64,000 nt of DNA from Takakia lepidozioides (lineage: Eukaryota; Plantae; Bryophyta), in the NCBI GenBank assembly GCA_030704615.1, contig CM060732.1, forward strand, positions 58,342,001 through 58,406,000, read 5' to 3'. The notes below the pieces were generated by a model. That model had not been told where the DNA came from. It saw nothing but the letters and a program-made list of their open reading frames with translations, and made no database searches. Made by a program: the position numbers and the translations under genes. This document shows, piece after piece, positions 37,330 to 50,534 of this stretch; within the stretch, counting starts at the first letter, position 1, and the number at the start of each line of letters is the position of its first letter.

Positions 37330-38145
37330 TGAAATTGGCTATGGGTGAACCAATCATTCCCTTGCCAAATGATTTTTGATTCATTTGAAACTTTGCGAGT
37401 GTCTTGGACATGCCCTCTTAAAGTTACTAGACGAGTATGATGTCAATGTTAAATGGTTCACAGGGTGAACCAATAGTTTCCCTATTGGATGATTCATGAT
37501 TAATCGTTAACGATTGATCTCATATTACACTGGGACCTATCAGAAGGTACATTGAACACACTGCCCAAGTCTCAAAGCGAACGAAAATTATTTGGATGGG
37601 CAACCATCCGTTGGCCCATTGAACAAATTTTGATTGATCTTATATTACTCTGGGGCCTCTTCCATAGTACATTGAAAATACTGGCCAAGTCTCAAAGCGA
37701 ACCAAAATCATTTAGAGGCAAATGATTTATTCGTCTGTTCATTTATTTGTGATTAATCGTTAATGGTGAAAAGGATAAACCAAAGGTTCCTTGATCAAAA
37801 AAAATTTGAATGATTTGAAATTTTGCCAGTATGTTCTACATGCCTCTTACATGGACCGGACAAGTATAAGATCAATAAAAAATGGTTCATAAGAAGAACC
37901 AATGGTTACTTGATGTGCCGATTTCTGAAAGCTTTCAAACTTTGCCATTGCATTGTACATGCCCTCTTAAAGGTACCGGACAAGTATGAGTTTGATTTAA
38001 AATATTGCAATGGGTGAACCAATGGTATCTTCATTCAACAATTTTTGATTGTTTTGAAACTTTGCTAGTATATTGTACATGCCGTCAAACAGGTATTGAA
38101 CAAGTATGAGGTCATTCAAAAATGGTTCAACGGATGAACCTCGTA
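37330..38145. repeat. ~120-bp tandem repeat in mixed orientations
   Basis: GAAACTTTGC.AGT..T.TACATGCC.TCTTAAAGGTAC.GGACAAGTATGA..TC..T.AAAAATGGTTCA units; two inverted units at 37510-37740. Confidence 0.75.
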
Positions 38146-38260
38146 TTTCCAAAAATTACGTAGACTATACAGTGGGTTACACATTTTAAGTTTTCGCAAC
38201 CTGAGACCTTTGGCCTACTTCCTACGTTTCTAGCATTTCTAGTCATCTTCATCATGTCCA

Positions 38261-38970
38261 TCATCTCCAGATGTTGATGAAGATGCTTCGGGTGTAGAGG
38301 ACGTGCCTCCACCAGTACGGAGAGCAAAGAGGGACCCAGTGTATGTGGTCCACCTTTGCCATCATGCGTAGCGTTCTAGGCGAGTGCTGACTCTCTTCCA
38401 CATTTGCCAGAGTCGGGTTTGTCACTCTTGTTACGGCTTCATGCAATTTTTCAATTAAATCCGATATGTTTGGAAGTGGCAAGAACACCCCTGGAATAGG
38501 GGCAATTTGGTCATGCCATGTGTTCTGCCAATACTTTACAACACTCGTGATGACTGCCTTGAAATTGTCCAACACCTCCTCCTGTTGGGGGTCTCTGCGC
38601 AACTCTGGAAGAAATGGTATTTCATCCCGACGAGGCACCCAGTACCTCTCATTCATATCCTCCCAACGGATGCTAGCGGCCTCCAACTCCTTCAGAAATA
38701 GGACTCTCCCAATCGGTTTGCAATTGTATGGGTCGTTTTCCGCTGGTACCCACGGATCCTCAGGCAGTCGGAAGAATCTTTGTTTGGTACAGCTCCAATG
38801 CCCTCCCAAGTTCCGGCAAAAAAGAACCCTTTGGACTGGGTCCCGTATGCCTCTAGCACGCACGGTTATTTCTCAGTTGGCTGTCACCCAAAATGTCACC
38901 GGATCTTTAACCATAGTTAACGTCTTCGCATCTAAGGCGTGCATCTTTCTTGGAGTATCCCATGTCATTG
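38261..38970 (-). pseudogene. Unknown ORF remnant (~235 codons, one stop)
   Basis: 200-aa ORF extendable upstream past one TGA; no recognised domain. Confidence 0.4.
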
Positions 38971-39028
38971 TCTCCCCCTAGTGCTGCCAATTTAAAAAAT
39001 CGTAAGGCGATACATCCAATGGTATGTT

Positions 39029-42000
39029 GCCATGTTACAAACCATTAACAAAGAGATGCTGGGAAGAGTCAATATCAATAAGTTGAAGGGATACAGTGGT
39101 ATCCATGACAAACCATTGCAGCATGATTTGCATGTTGAAACGCAGAAGCAGTCACGGGCTGCGCCAGTGATACCAACGGAGTATGGAGCACTTGTCGTTA
39201 GGCCGAGCGTATATGACCAGGGCGGGCAGTACAAGCGCGACACGGCCTATCACAGCCCATCACAATGCGACACAGCCTATCACAGCCCATCACAGGGTGG
39301 CACAGCCTATCACAGCCCATCACGGCGCGACACAGCCTATCACAGCCCATCACAGTGTCACACAGCCTATCACAACCCATCACAGTGTGACACAGCCTAT
39401 CACAACCTACCACAACGTGTCACAGCCTATCACAACTTACCACAGTGCCACACAACCTATCACAGTGTACCACAGTATGACACAGCCTGTCACAGCTCAA
39501 CACAGCCTACTGGGGTTACACAGTCCATATGATCAGTGACAGGTGGACGTGAGTTAACATCCGAAGAATGGCCGGCGGAAAAGTGGACGGAGGCAGGTTT
39601 AGAAATGGACACATGGACGCCAGGGCGAGACACATAGTCGGACATGGATTCCAAGAGCGAGCGTCATCAAGAAAGAAGACAAAACTGGCCGTCAAAGTAC
39701 CTACCCGACACATTAACTTATTATGGGCCCATTAATGCATACAGGGAAAGGGTAACGGAACCCTTTAAAAGTACCGAAAAACGAAATCCATGTCACATGT
39801 GCTATCCTAGTGGACAGTCCAGAGTGGAAAATCCATGGAAGGGAATTAAATTACAAAACCAATCACACAGCCAACAGCCAATCATGAGCCAGAATTACCT
39901 GCAGAGGGTAATTTCCAATAAGCGAAATCAAGAAATTGGAGGGATTCTTAGCGCAAGAGTCGGCGTCGTTCCAAGTAACGGACGTCTCGTCAGGAGAGAC
40001 AATCAAAGCTATAACTCTGAAGCTATGGCGGAAATAACAGACTACATGCTCGCCTTACTACTTACACAGTGGCACAAGGACAGACGAACGGAGAGTACAT
40101 TTTCTCTAAATCGTTACTTGCAAGCCCCACAAGCACTTACCCATTTCATTCTGCGCCAACCATACTTTTATGCTTTGTGCCCTGCAGGCGTTTCTTCAGT
40201 TGTTGCAACCAAAACCTGTCTGTTTGTCCAGAATGAAGAGAGTGAGAGGAATGGAAGATATCAGGGTGAAAAGCACCACAATCTTATAGAAGCAAATGAT
40301 CGTTGCACCACAGGCGGTGCAGCTACTGAAGGAGCTGCGATTGGAGGGATTGCTATGCAAGGACTGGTCCTTGCATCATCGGCAGTTCATGATACAATTT
40401 CTTCAAAACTTTGAGCCTCGGACAGGAGTTACTCAGGTGAGGGGAGTAGATATAGAAATTACTCCCCGGTACCTGCAGCAACTGTTTGATTTGCCATCAG
40501 GACATGTGGAGGTGGATGAGCACAGGGCAAGATTCAAGATAGGGAATTTGTTCCAAGAAGGGAGTTTCTTTAAAACTCAAGGTTTTGCTTGTACCAAAGC
40601 CGAGTACCCAGGGCTTAGGGAGGTTGGGAAGGTGACCTTCTCTATGAAAATTCTGGCTTGGTAAGGGAAATAGTGATTCCAGAGGTGCAGCGATTGTCCA
40701 GGGGAAACCCTGCTGTGCATGTAATATCCACACCTGTGATGGAGGTACCAGGGGGAGAATATCAAGACACTACAACACCTGTGGTGGATGAGGTGATTCA
40801 GGAAGAAAATCTGGTAGGGCAATAGCCTGAATGGTTCATGAGGCATCACACTGTTGAGGATCAGGGAGAACAGCAGCAAACTACCATGATGACCCTCAGC
40901 AGGCCATGCTTATGAGTTCCATAAGTAAGACACTTAATTTGTTGGGCACTTATGTGAAATCCCATGTTCCATCTACCCAATTGACAACTTTGAGGGAGGA
41001 ACTCAGGAAGGAGTTTGAGGCTCGACTTGCCACTGAGTGTGCAAACAAGGTCGATGAGGAGGTCACTCTCAAGTTACAGCAAGAGTTAGAGGATACAACA
41101 GCTGCTTTGCAGTTGGCCAAGGAACATTTGATTGAAGCAAGCCTCGCGCAGGACCAGTTGCACGAAGCACATAAGCAACAGCTATACCAAATGCAGGTGA
41201 AACATGAGAGCAAGTTGCAAGAAGTGAATGCACTACATACGGAGTTGCAGACAGTACATGACAGGATGGCCATACAATGTGCTACACTCACAACTACGTT
41301 TGAGCAAACTACATTAGAAGTTAACAGCCAAGCGGAAAGATGTATAAAAGCACAGGCAGATAATGTCGAGCAGACAAAACTTATTGTTGATATGAAGAAT
41401 ACAATCTGTCGCAATGAGAATACTTTCAAGCAATACAGGCAGGTTGAAGTTGACCAAGAGAGGTACATCCTGGAATTGCAACAAACGGTCATGGCCAATA
41501 GAAATGAACTCTCTGTCGCTAACAAGGCTTGGAAGGAAGCCAATAATCTGGTTGCTGCCTATGCGAGTTTGGTTGAACCTCATGCAAAACGCATGGAGGC
41601 TTTACAGCAGCAGTTAGATATGTACAAACTCAGAGAGGAGCAGACTCTCAGGGGTGCCACTTGGTGGATAACCACCTTCTGCAAGTCTGGTTAGCACAAG
41701 GACCGGTGGAAGGCAAAGCACCATGGAAGCTCACCCAAGGCGAGATGAATGAGCTCAGACTGCAGGTGCAGAACATTGCCACAACTACTATAGACAATGT
41801 CTATAGTAGGATAGCAGAGCTACAGGAGGATGTAGACGACCTGCAGACTCAGGTGGAGGACCTGACATCAAATATTGACAAGAGAGTCTTTGTACCTGAG
41901 GAGAAGCTGATGGTTTCTTATTTACAAGCCAGAACTTTAGATTTTCAGTCTTCTTCGCAGGGGGTGCAGGAGATGTCAGTGGTACAAGAGCCAGTGCTAC

Positions 42001-44128
42001 CAATACCACAACAAGTGACTGTGACAGTAGCTGACCCTGTTGTTACTACAGCCACACCATAGCCGCCACAGCCTGAGGTATGGGGGGAAAACTCCTGCTG
42101 CACGGGAGTACAGTCGGGCTATGATTATGCCCTTCAACCAAATTCCCATTGTGTTGGATTTGGCTTGGAAGGAATTTAGTCCTCCGCAGTTGTTGGCACA
42201 TTATTACCAGATCATGCGCATTTGGTTGCCAGTGGCAACTAGGACTAAGGTTCTTCCGAACAACCGACCCATTGAGGATCATCATTTTGCGAGGTACTGA
42301 CATGAGGCAAGTACCATGTTGAAGGAATTAATTGCCTTCCAAGTTGTACATGGATTCATTTATACCAAGACCAAGGAGGTAGCAAGTATTGTCATGGGCT
42401 GCGGGTTATACTATGCTGCTTGTTTTCTGGCACGTTATCACATTGAGCAGCAGGAGATGCAATCGCGCTTTCTGAGTTATTCCAGTGGGGATCATTGGGT
42501 CTTACCTTCAGTGCCACCTCATATGTACCTATATGAGGCAAAAGTTATGATGCAAAAGGATTCTCAAATTCATTCATGGTTTCATTTGGCCTGGGACAAT
42601 TTGTCAACACAAAAATTCGGGCCTGACGATATTTTCTTTAAGGGACATGAGGCATGGAAATACTTGCACTGTTCTCAAGTCATTGGCACACCACTCATTT
42701 GTATAGACAAGGAGTTCAGGGTCTTCACCAATTTTGCAATTCAACGCTTACAACAAGTTTTACAGATTAAACTTCCAGACATGGTAGGACCACATTGTAT
42801 GCCTTAGAGGATTCCAGTTAGAGTTCGACCGTTAAAACACCTCAGGGGGGAAGACGATTCTGATACTACTGGTTCTTCAGCGGACTCTTTTGACATGGCA
42901 GAGGACTATGCAATTCAGATGGCAGAAAAGAAGCGACGGGGGTCTCCTATGCCTGAGAGATTACCTCGATATCAGCCAAAGGAGGGACTGACATTTCCAG
43001 GTAGTGCTCAATCATCTCCCTCAACCAGTGACAGGACACGGGCTCGCACACGGAGTCCTTCACGAGACTCTCAACGTCAGAAGGGTGCTCGCTCACAAAG
43101 GTTTGCTAATCCCAAACAGTAAACCGTGAGGACACGACTTTTTGATAGGGGGGGGGGTAAATGTTAGAGGGCTGCTTGGGACTTAGACACTTTTACAGGA
43201 TCTGTGGGGTACCCTTAATTTTTACACAGACTGAGACCAATAGGAGCCTTAGGGGTGATAGCAACAGGCTTTAGGGGGGGAGATACACAGCCCGACATAG
43301 CCAGCCACAGCTTCGCACAGCCAACACAATCCGACACAGCCGTCACAGCTTCGCACAGCCAACACAGCCCGACACAGCCGGCCACAGCTTTGCACAGCCG
43401 ACACAGCCCAACACAGCCCCACAGCTTCGCACAGCCCTACACAACACGACTCAGCCAGTCACAGTCCGCCACAGCCTGATACAGCCAGTCACAGCTCGGC
43501 ACAGCTGGGGGACAGTTATCATTGGCAGGGAACGACTTTGGGGGAATGACATCTGAAAAAAGAACGTGTACTACAGGGATGACGGTTAGTTAGGAAAGCG
43601 GTTAGAACAGCTTGTAGGTAGATAAAGCGAAGAGCGGGGACGTCTGGGGATCACTTCTTGGGGGGGGGGACTTCTGGCATCACGGCTTGGAAATGAAGGG
43701 GAGAGCGCATCTCTGAGTAGGAGAAGAGACGATCTGTTGATACTTGATGAATGCAAGCTGTAGAATTGTAATGTAGAGTAGATTAGAGACACCATGGCTT
43801 CAGCCTGATACTTGATAGTTATTAATCTGATACATACTTCATACTCACACTGTGTAGAGAGACCTGAGTGAAGCTGTGGAATGAATGGATGAGTGGATGG
43901 AACCTGATAGATTGCTGAAGCAATTTGATACTTAATTGCAGACAGTAAGGTAACTAGCTAACATGAAAGCGGGAAGGAGTACAAAAAGGAAACACCCCCA
44001 TGATACACTAGCTGTAGGTCATGACTGATTGTTCTGAGCGGGCTGAGTGCTTAGAGATTTCCAACTCTTCTATCTTGGAGTTCCCACCTCGGATAGCGAA
44101 GGGATGGGTGAGTAAAAGCCGCTCGACA
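39029..44128 (+). mobile_element. Ty3/Gypsy family A copy 2 (INT end, extra ORF, PPT, 3' LTR), 5'-truncated
   Basis: Homology to copy 1 with a ~640-bp deletion at ~40632; G-run PPT at 43148-43157; LTR follows. Confidence 0.95.
43162..44128 (+). repeat. 3' LTR of family A
   Basis: TGTTAGAGG...AAAAGCCGCTCGACA; homologous to 49580-50514 and 53434-54294. Confidence 0.92.
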
Positions 44129-44811
44129 GCTCCTACGGGAGAGGCTATGTGGGTTGAAGCAGACCCTACCAACAGTTGAAGTGGCAACAGGCACTCATGG
44201 CGATAACGATTGGATGAACGATGACCGTGAGGGTTCTCAAGTTCAAATCCAATAGGCTTGGAGTGAGTAAGCCCAATCTCTAGGTACATGCAAAGTGTAA
44301 GTGAACATGACTTTGGAGAGTTCTGTTCATTTTCAGCTTTTTGGCTTGTATTAACAGATTGTGTTTGTGATCTTTTGTAGCGATGAACCCGATACGCATG
44401 TAGCGAAGCGACAGTGTATGGGCATCATCGGGATTTCGCGAAGTTCTGCCGATTGTGGGAGTGGGGAAGGTGCCTTGGAGAAGACCTTGATAGTTCGGGA
44501 ACGGATTGAGGAGATACATACCCCGGAAAAGACATACGTTCTTCCTCCCTATGCGGTGGTAGTAGCAAATGCTCAGGCAAAGGAGCCATGGACAGGAATG
44601 TCTCAAATGGCAGAATGGCTAGCGCAGAAAATGACCTATCTACAACGCGTTCGGGTCCAGCCCTATGTGGATGTTGAGACGGAGGAGGGTTTGGGAGCGA
44701 GGATCCAACCAGTGAGGAAGAATCCTCTGATGAGAGTGGTGAGGAGGAGAGCACTGAGGAGAGGACCCCCACCCCAGACAATGGTCTTGAGGAACCGCAG
44801 GGTCCATCTGT

Positions 44812-45531
44812 GGACTACCAGCAAGCCTTCGTGCCCGCTTTGCTGCCCCGTCTCCCATCTGCCCGTTACGCGCCCTCTATGCCACGGTGGTGCACAAGTC
44901 ACCGCCCTCCTACGCCATATACACAAGCCCTCTACGGGACGCACACACCCTAGCCTCTTCCCTGGGCATTAGGGCTAAACGTTCTCTCTCAAAAGTGTGT
45001 GGCTAAAACAGGTTGAGCCATACGTACTTTTTTCAAAGAGAAAACACGTTACACATCCATATATTAGGAATATCGTACCTGCCTACGCACAAGAAGATAC
45101 GTTACACATACATATATTAGGAATACCATACATGCCTACCCAATTTTTTGATGCATTGTCGCTCTGAGCATCCTGCGAGGGGCAGGGGTCCCATTCCCAC
45201 ATAGGATGGCGGAGGGGGGCCTTGCAACTGCCACCAAGCTGCAGTGGTGGCGAATACCAAAGAACATTCATGATGAGGCGGTGCCGACAAACCGCTGGTT
45301 GCACTACCGGCAAGCCTTCGTGCTCGCTCTGCTGCCCCGCCTCCGTGCCCGTTGCGCGCCCTTTATATCACAATGGCGTACAAGTCACCAGCCACTTACG
45401 CCACGTGCACAAGCCCCCTGCGGGGCCCACACTTGCATGGGCACTAGGGCTAAGCGCTCCCTCTCAAAAGTGTGTGGCTAAAACAAGTTGAGCCATACGT
45501 ACTTTCTCAGAGAGAAGATACGTTACACATA
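44812..45531 (-). repeat. Satellite array, inverted
   Basis: Reverse complement of the modules at 3945-6360. Confidence 0.9.
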
Positions 45532-46512
45532 CTATAGGTCGAATGGAGATGATGAGGGAAACATGGAAGAACTCCAAGAGAGAGACAAGGAAATTAGGGC
45601 TTGACCCTCAAAGTGTGAAGAAACAGGAGATGAAATCGCGATTTTTTATTATGAGCAATGGGATGGATATTACAAATTTGATGACGACGGGCAGCATGGA
45701 TGACGAACAAGGATGAAATCAAGGGTTTTCATTAACCTGTGGATGACGGGTGGCGGGATGCCAAAGGGATGAAATATGCAGCAAAACGTTGATTTTTCAT
45801 TACCTAAGGATGAAGTTGTAGAAATAAGACAAACTGCTCAGCGGCGATTTAGTAAGTGGTGTGGCCATAATATAGTGCTAGGTGGCATCACTAAAAAGGG
45901 TGGACATAATGATGTACACGTCGCCCTATTGTTTATTTAGAAATGAACGGGCATGTGGCACAGATGGGATAATACCCAGTGGCCACAAATCTTTAAGCCT
46001 AAGAAGGTAGATTATTAATTTTTGGTTTCTAGTTACTAAATTAGCACGTGGTGTGACGGTGGAGGATAGGATCAGGCCTATGATCAGGCAGGTATAAGGC
46101 TAGCAGCTCGGGCAGAACTCTCAGCATTGTTGATACTAGTTGGGTGGTGAAGTAAAGCAGGGACGGGGCCCTGATTGCAAGCAAACATGAGCAGAATGTG
46201 AACATGTGAAGTAGAAATTTAGCAACTGATCTTGTGAAGTAGGCATCATGAACCGTTACAGAATGCACCTGGAAACGACATTTACAAAAAGTAGCAGGTT
46301 TGCAATCATGTAAAACGAAATAAAGCAAGTTTGTCAAGGACGATGGAGTCATAGCTATAAGATGAATTAACACAACATGTAGTGGAGCAATTCAACCAAG
46401 CATATAGCTGCACAGAGAAGTTGGAGAATGTCAAACCTTGAAGCACGTATGGTCATCTGAAGGTTGAACATAGGCTCTACTGACAGACCGCCATGCCAAT
46501 GGGAGAGTGATG

Positions 46513-49500
46513 CAGGGTTGCATACGTCAGTGACGTCACGTCGGACTTGACGTTGACGCGACCAACGTCACGTCAATTTTGTCGAAAAATCAGTAAAATA
46601 TTAGTTAGGTGAAAAATATGTCACGTAGGCGGACACGTTGTATTCCAAGCGACACCTTGGCAAGTGAATGAATTGTTTTATAAACTACTCCATCCGCCAA
46701 TATTTGAGGTCATTTTTAAATCATTATTGTTAAATTGGTGCGACCTCCAAATGGTGGTGGTCGCATAGTTTATCTTATTTGTTAATAGTTACGACCACCA
46801 GCAGAGGGGTTGTCGCAGCATTTTTTGTTTTTTAAAAATAGATGCGATCACCAACAGGGGTGGTCGCATTTTTTTCTTTTCTTAAATAGTTGCGACCACC
46901 GCTACTGGTGGTCGCACAATTTTTATTTTATTTGTAATAGGTGCGACCACCATCAGGGGGGTGGTCGCAACATTTTTCTATTTTTAATATCTGCGACCAC
47001 CAGCATGGGGGTGGTCGCAGCATTTTTCTATTTTTTTAATAGGTGCGACCACCAGCAAGGGGGTGGTCGCAGGATTGTTTTTTTTTTAATAGGTGCGACC
47101 ACCAGCAGGGGGTCGTCGCAGCAATTTTTTGTTTTTTAATATCTGCGACCACCAGCATGAGGGTGGTCGCAGCAGGGTTTTTTTTTTAATAACATGCAAC
47201 TTCCTCATGCGACCTGGAGTGGTCGCAACATTGGATTCTGATTCGTCAAGCGTGTGAGGCTTGGAGGCTGGAGGGTATATAAGGTGGTCCCAATGCCCCT
47301 CACTTCTTTTGTGGCAAACAGTTTTGTGGTGAGTGAATGTTCTCTATTCTTTGAGCAAGAGTGTAAGCCCAAGAGGAGGGTGTGGACCGTTTGCTGTTGT
47401 GGCTTCCACCAGAGCCACTGCAACAAATTGTCAAAAAGTAGAATACTACATGGTGCATTGATCCACTTGGATTGATGCCGTAGTGTTGGGCCATCGCATT
47501 CTGTTCTAACTTCTATTGATCTTGACAAATCTACTAAGTACACTAGTGTTCTTCGTTCAATCTTAAGTCTGTGTTTAGGGTTTTGGGTGTGAGGATGAGG
47601 GAGGAGTGGATCCTTTGGTTCACCGTAGACCCGCACAAAAAGGACGGTGTTCAATGTAATATATGTGCATTGAAGTTGGCGGGTCGCAAAGATCGCATGG
47701 TATATCACCTCGGCTATAGAGATGGGAAGAATGCAGGGGTTAGTTTGTGCCCAAAAGCCTCCATGCGAGTGAAAGCCCACTTGCCCAATGTGGAGGCAAT
47801 ATCCCACCGTCTCTTGATGTGGCCGTGGCTTCTGAGTCAAACACTCCAGGTTCGAATCAAAATGTCCCTCAGAGTTGTACCCAGGGGGATTCTTGCGAGG
47901 CGTCTGTTGTTTGTGGATAAGCCGGTGGGTCAGGAGCAACACCCGATTGTACGTCAGCACTTGTACGAACCAGACCATTGAGGCAACAATCAATGCAAGA
48001 AGGCTTAAATTTGTAGCACAGGAGGACTCTGGATAGGAAGTGGACCCAATTTTTCTACGAGGCCAATATTCCATTCAATGTCTCAAGGCTTCATGCATAT
48101 GTGGCTGCTGTCAAAGCCACGTCCGATTCCAAGTCCACATACACACCTCCGAGTTATCGCAATTTCCTCACATGATTACTAGAGTTTTGTTACTAATCGA
48201 CCACTGTTCAATGTCATGCTGGTCTGTCCTGCGGGGGAACAATTTTTGGGATCCGTTGACACAAACGGGGGGAGGAAATATGCACGTTATCAAGCAGGGT
48301 TGTTGACGAGTTTCATCAATAAAATTGGAGCTGATAAAATTGTCCAAGTGTGCATGGACAATGCATCTAACATGGTTAATATGGTTGATATTTTGATGGT
48401 ACGATATCCCCATCTATATTACTAAGGGTGTGCTGCTCATATTTTTTATCTCCTTTTGGAGGATTGGGGAAAAGAATCATGGATAAAATAACTAGTAAAA
48501 AGGGCAAAGTCGGTTATGACATTCATTCATACACATCACATCCCTCTGGCATTGTTTAGAAAGATGAACCCAAATACAGCCTTAGGAACCCGAGTGAAAC
48601 CCGCTTTGCCACAAACTTTTTGATGGTGGATCGACTGGAGACTGTGAGGGCGGGTCTGGAGTAGGTAATCATTGATCCTCAATAGAATGCGTATGTGGGA
48701 ACCTTACGCGACTCTCGTAAGTTCAAGTCTTTGAGCAAAAGTCAGAGGGTCCACGCAATCATTCGCTCCGATTTCTGGGCGAAATGTGCAAATTTTGTGT
48801 ACATGGTGGAGCCGATGTTGATTGCTTTGCAGGAATTTGATGCAAAACAACCAATAATGGGTAAAGCATGGTTGATATTGGAAAACCTTGAGAAGCACGT
48901 GCAATCCTTGAGGCGTCCTCCATTTTCCATGGACGATGATTTGGTGGCAAGGACCGAAGATGCATTTTACAACCGCAAACGGATGGTTCGCACGAACTTG
49001 CATTATGCGGGGGCCTTGCTGAATCCATTCTTGCTGGACAATACGGATTTGAGAGACGATGCGGATGCCAAAGCTGGGCTTGTATGGGTCATCATGTAAC
49101 TTGCGCCCTTGAACATGGCAGAGCGAGCTTTGTCCGAGTACCAGTGCTTCTCGGATCGCCAGAATCCTTTCCATGATATGTCGGATCCAAAAGCAATGAA
49201 CATGTTGCCACATGAATGGTGGGATCTAATTGGAGCTGGAGCAAGAACATTAGTTCCCATTGCAAAGCGTATTATTGCTCAAGTGTGCTCTGCCTCGTCC
49301 TGTGAGCGGAACTGGAGCAGTTATTCATTTGTTCACAACAAGATTCGCAATAGATTGAATCTCGCCAGGGCTAACAAATTGGTTTATGTCTACACGAATT
49401 GTAGGCTACTACAAGAGAAGACAGCAAGTGATGCATCTGCATGGTACGAGAAGAACCTGTTGTCTGAAGAATCTGCCTCAGAGGTCCAATCTAGCAGCAA

Positions 49501-49579
49501 TGATGACACCGACGTCGCGAGGGACTCCAACTCCAACGGTTGGGATGGGTCCGATGATGTGGGCAATCCTCTACATGAC
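46513..49579 (+). mobile_element. hAT DNA transposon (left end, subterminal array, transposase), cut by a Gypsy insertion
   Basis: CAGGGTTGCA terminus; 10 palindromic subterminal units at 46738-47230; transposase downstream; right end not seen. Confidence 0.85.
47594..49579 (+). pseudogene. hAT transposase pseudogene (BED-like finger, DUF659, hATC dimerisation domain)
   Basis: VQCNIC...RMVYHL; VQVCMDNASNM; CAAH; ETRFATNF; WWDLIG...CSASSCERNWSSYSFVHNKIRNRL...LVYVYTN. Confidence 0.92.
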
Positions 49580-50514
49580 TGTTAGAGGACTGTCGGGGAC
49601 TTAGACACTTATACGGGATTTGTAGGGTACCCTTCATTTTTGCACAGACTGAGACCAACAGAGCCTTAGCAGCGCACTGTAGAGGGGGGTTACACAGCCC
49701 GTCACGTCACAACAGACACAGCCCGTCACAGTCGTCACAGCAAACACAGCCGACACAGCCAACATAGCCCGTCACAGTCGTCACAGCCGACACAGCCATC
49801 ACAGCCGACACAGCCACACAGCCAAACACAGTCGCACAGCCCGTCACAGCCCGTCACAGTTTCACACACCAGTCACAGCTTGACACAGCTGTCACGATCA
49901 TAGGGAACGAGAGCAGGACAGGGAACGACTGTGGGGAACAACACCTGCGAAGGGAACATGTTAGTTCACAGACGACGGTTAGTGAGGGAAACGGTTAGAA
50001 CCACGGGTAGGAAGATAAAGGGAGAAGCGGGGAATTTGGGGATATCATTCGGAGGAGGACTTCTTGGTCATGGAGGAGAGGGATCGGGCAGAGATGAGAA
50101 CGGAAGCGAAGATAGAGAGATGATGAGTAGATGCTTGATATATGCAAGGCTGTAATGATATTGTAGAGCAGATTAGAGACACAATGGCTTCGGCCTGATA
50201 CCTGATAAATCATAAACGGATACTTTTTACGATACAATCACACTGTGTAGAGAGATCTGAGTGAAGCTGTGGAATGAATGGATGAGTTGATGGAATCCAA
50301 TAGATTGATAAAGCAAACTGATACTTAATTATCAATGGTAAGATAGCTAACATGAATGCCAAAAGGGAAACAAATAGGAAACACCCCCATGATACACTAG
50401 CTGTAGGTCATGACTGATTGTTCTGGCGCGGTGAGTACTTAGAGATTTCCAACTCTTCTATCTGGAGTTTCCGCCTCGAATAGCGAAGGATGGGTGAGTA
50501 AAAGCCGTGCGACA
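49580..50514 (+). repeat. 5' LTR of family A
   Basis: TG...CA termini; homologous to the other two LTRs; followed by a PBS. Confidence 0.92.
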
Positions 50515-50516
50515 TT

Positions 50517-50534
50517 TGGCGACCATACTGGGGA
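50517..50534 (+). promoter_or_regulatory. Primer-binding site, tRNA-Arg-like
   Basis: TGGCGACCATACTGGGGA 2 nt after the LTR; resembles the TGGCGACTCC(A/G)CTGGGGA PBS of Tat/Ogre elements. Confidence 0.7.

Noticed and set aside
45150-45320. Hammerhead, HDV ribozyme or C/D snoRNA in the satellite core (ATGATGAG, GGCGAAT)
   Set aside because: No CTGATGA..GAAA core, no HDV P2 partner strand, and C/D box spacing is unsuitable.
47205-48074. 289-aa minus-strand ORF and similar antisense ORFs over TE genes
   Set aside because: Shadow frames of the hAT and Gypsy coding regions with no motifs.
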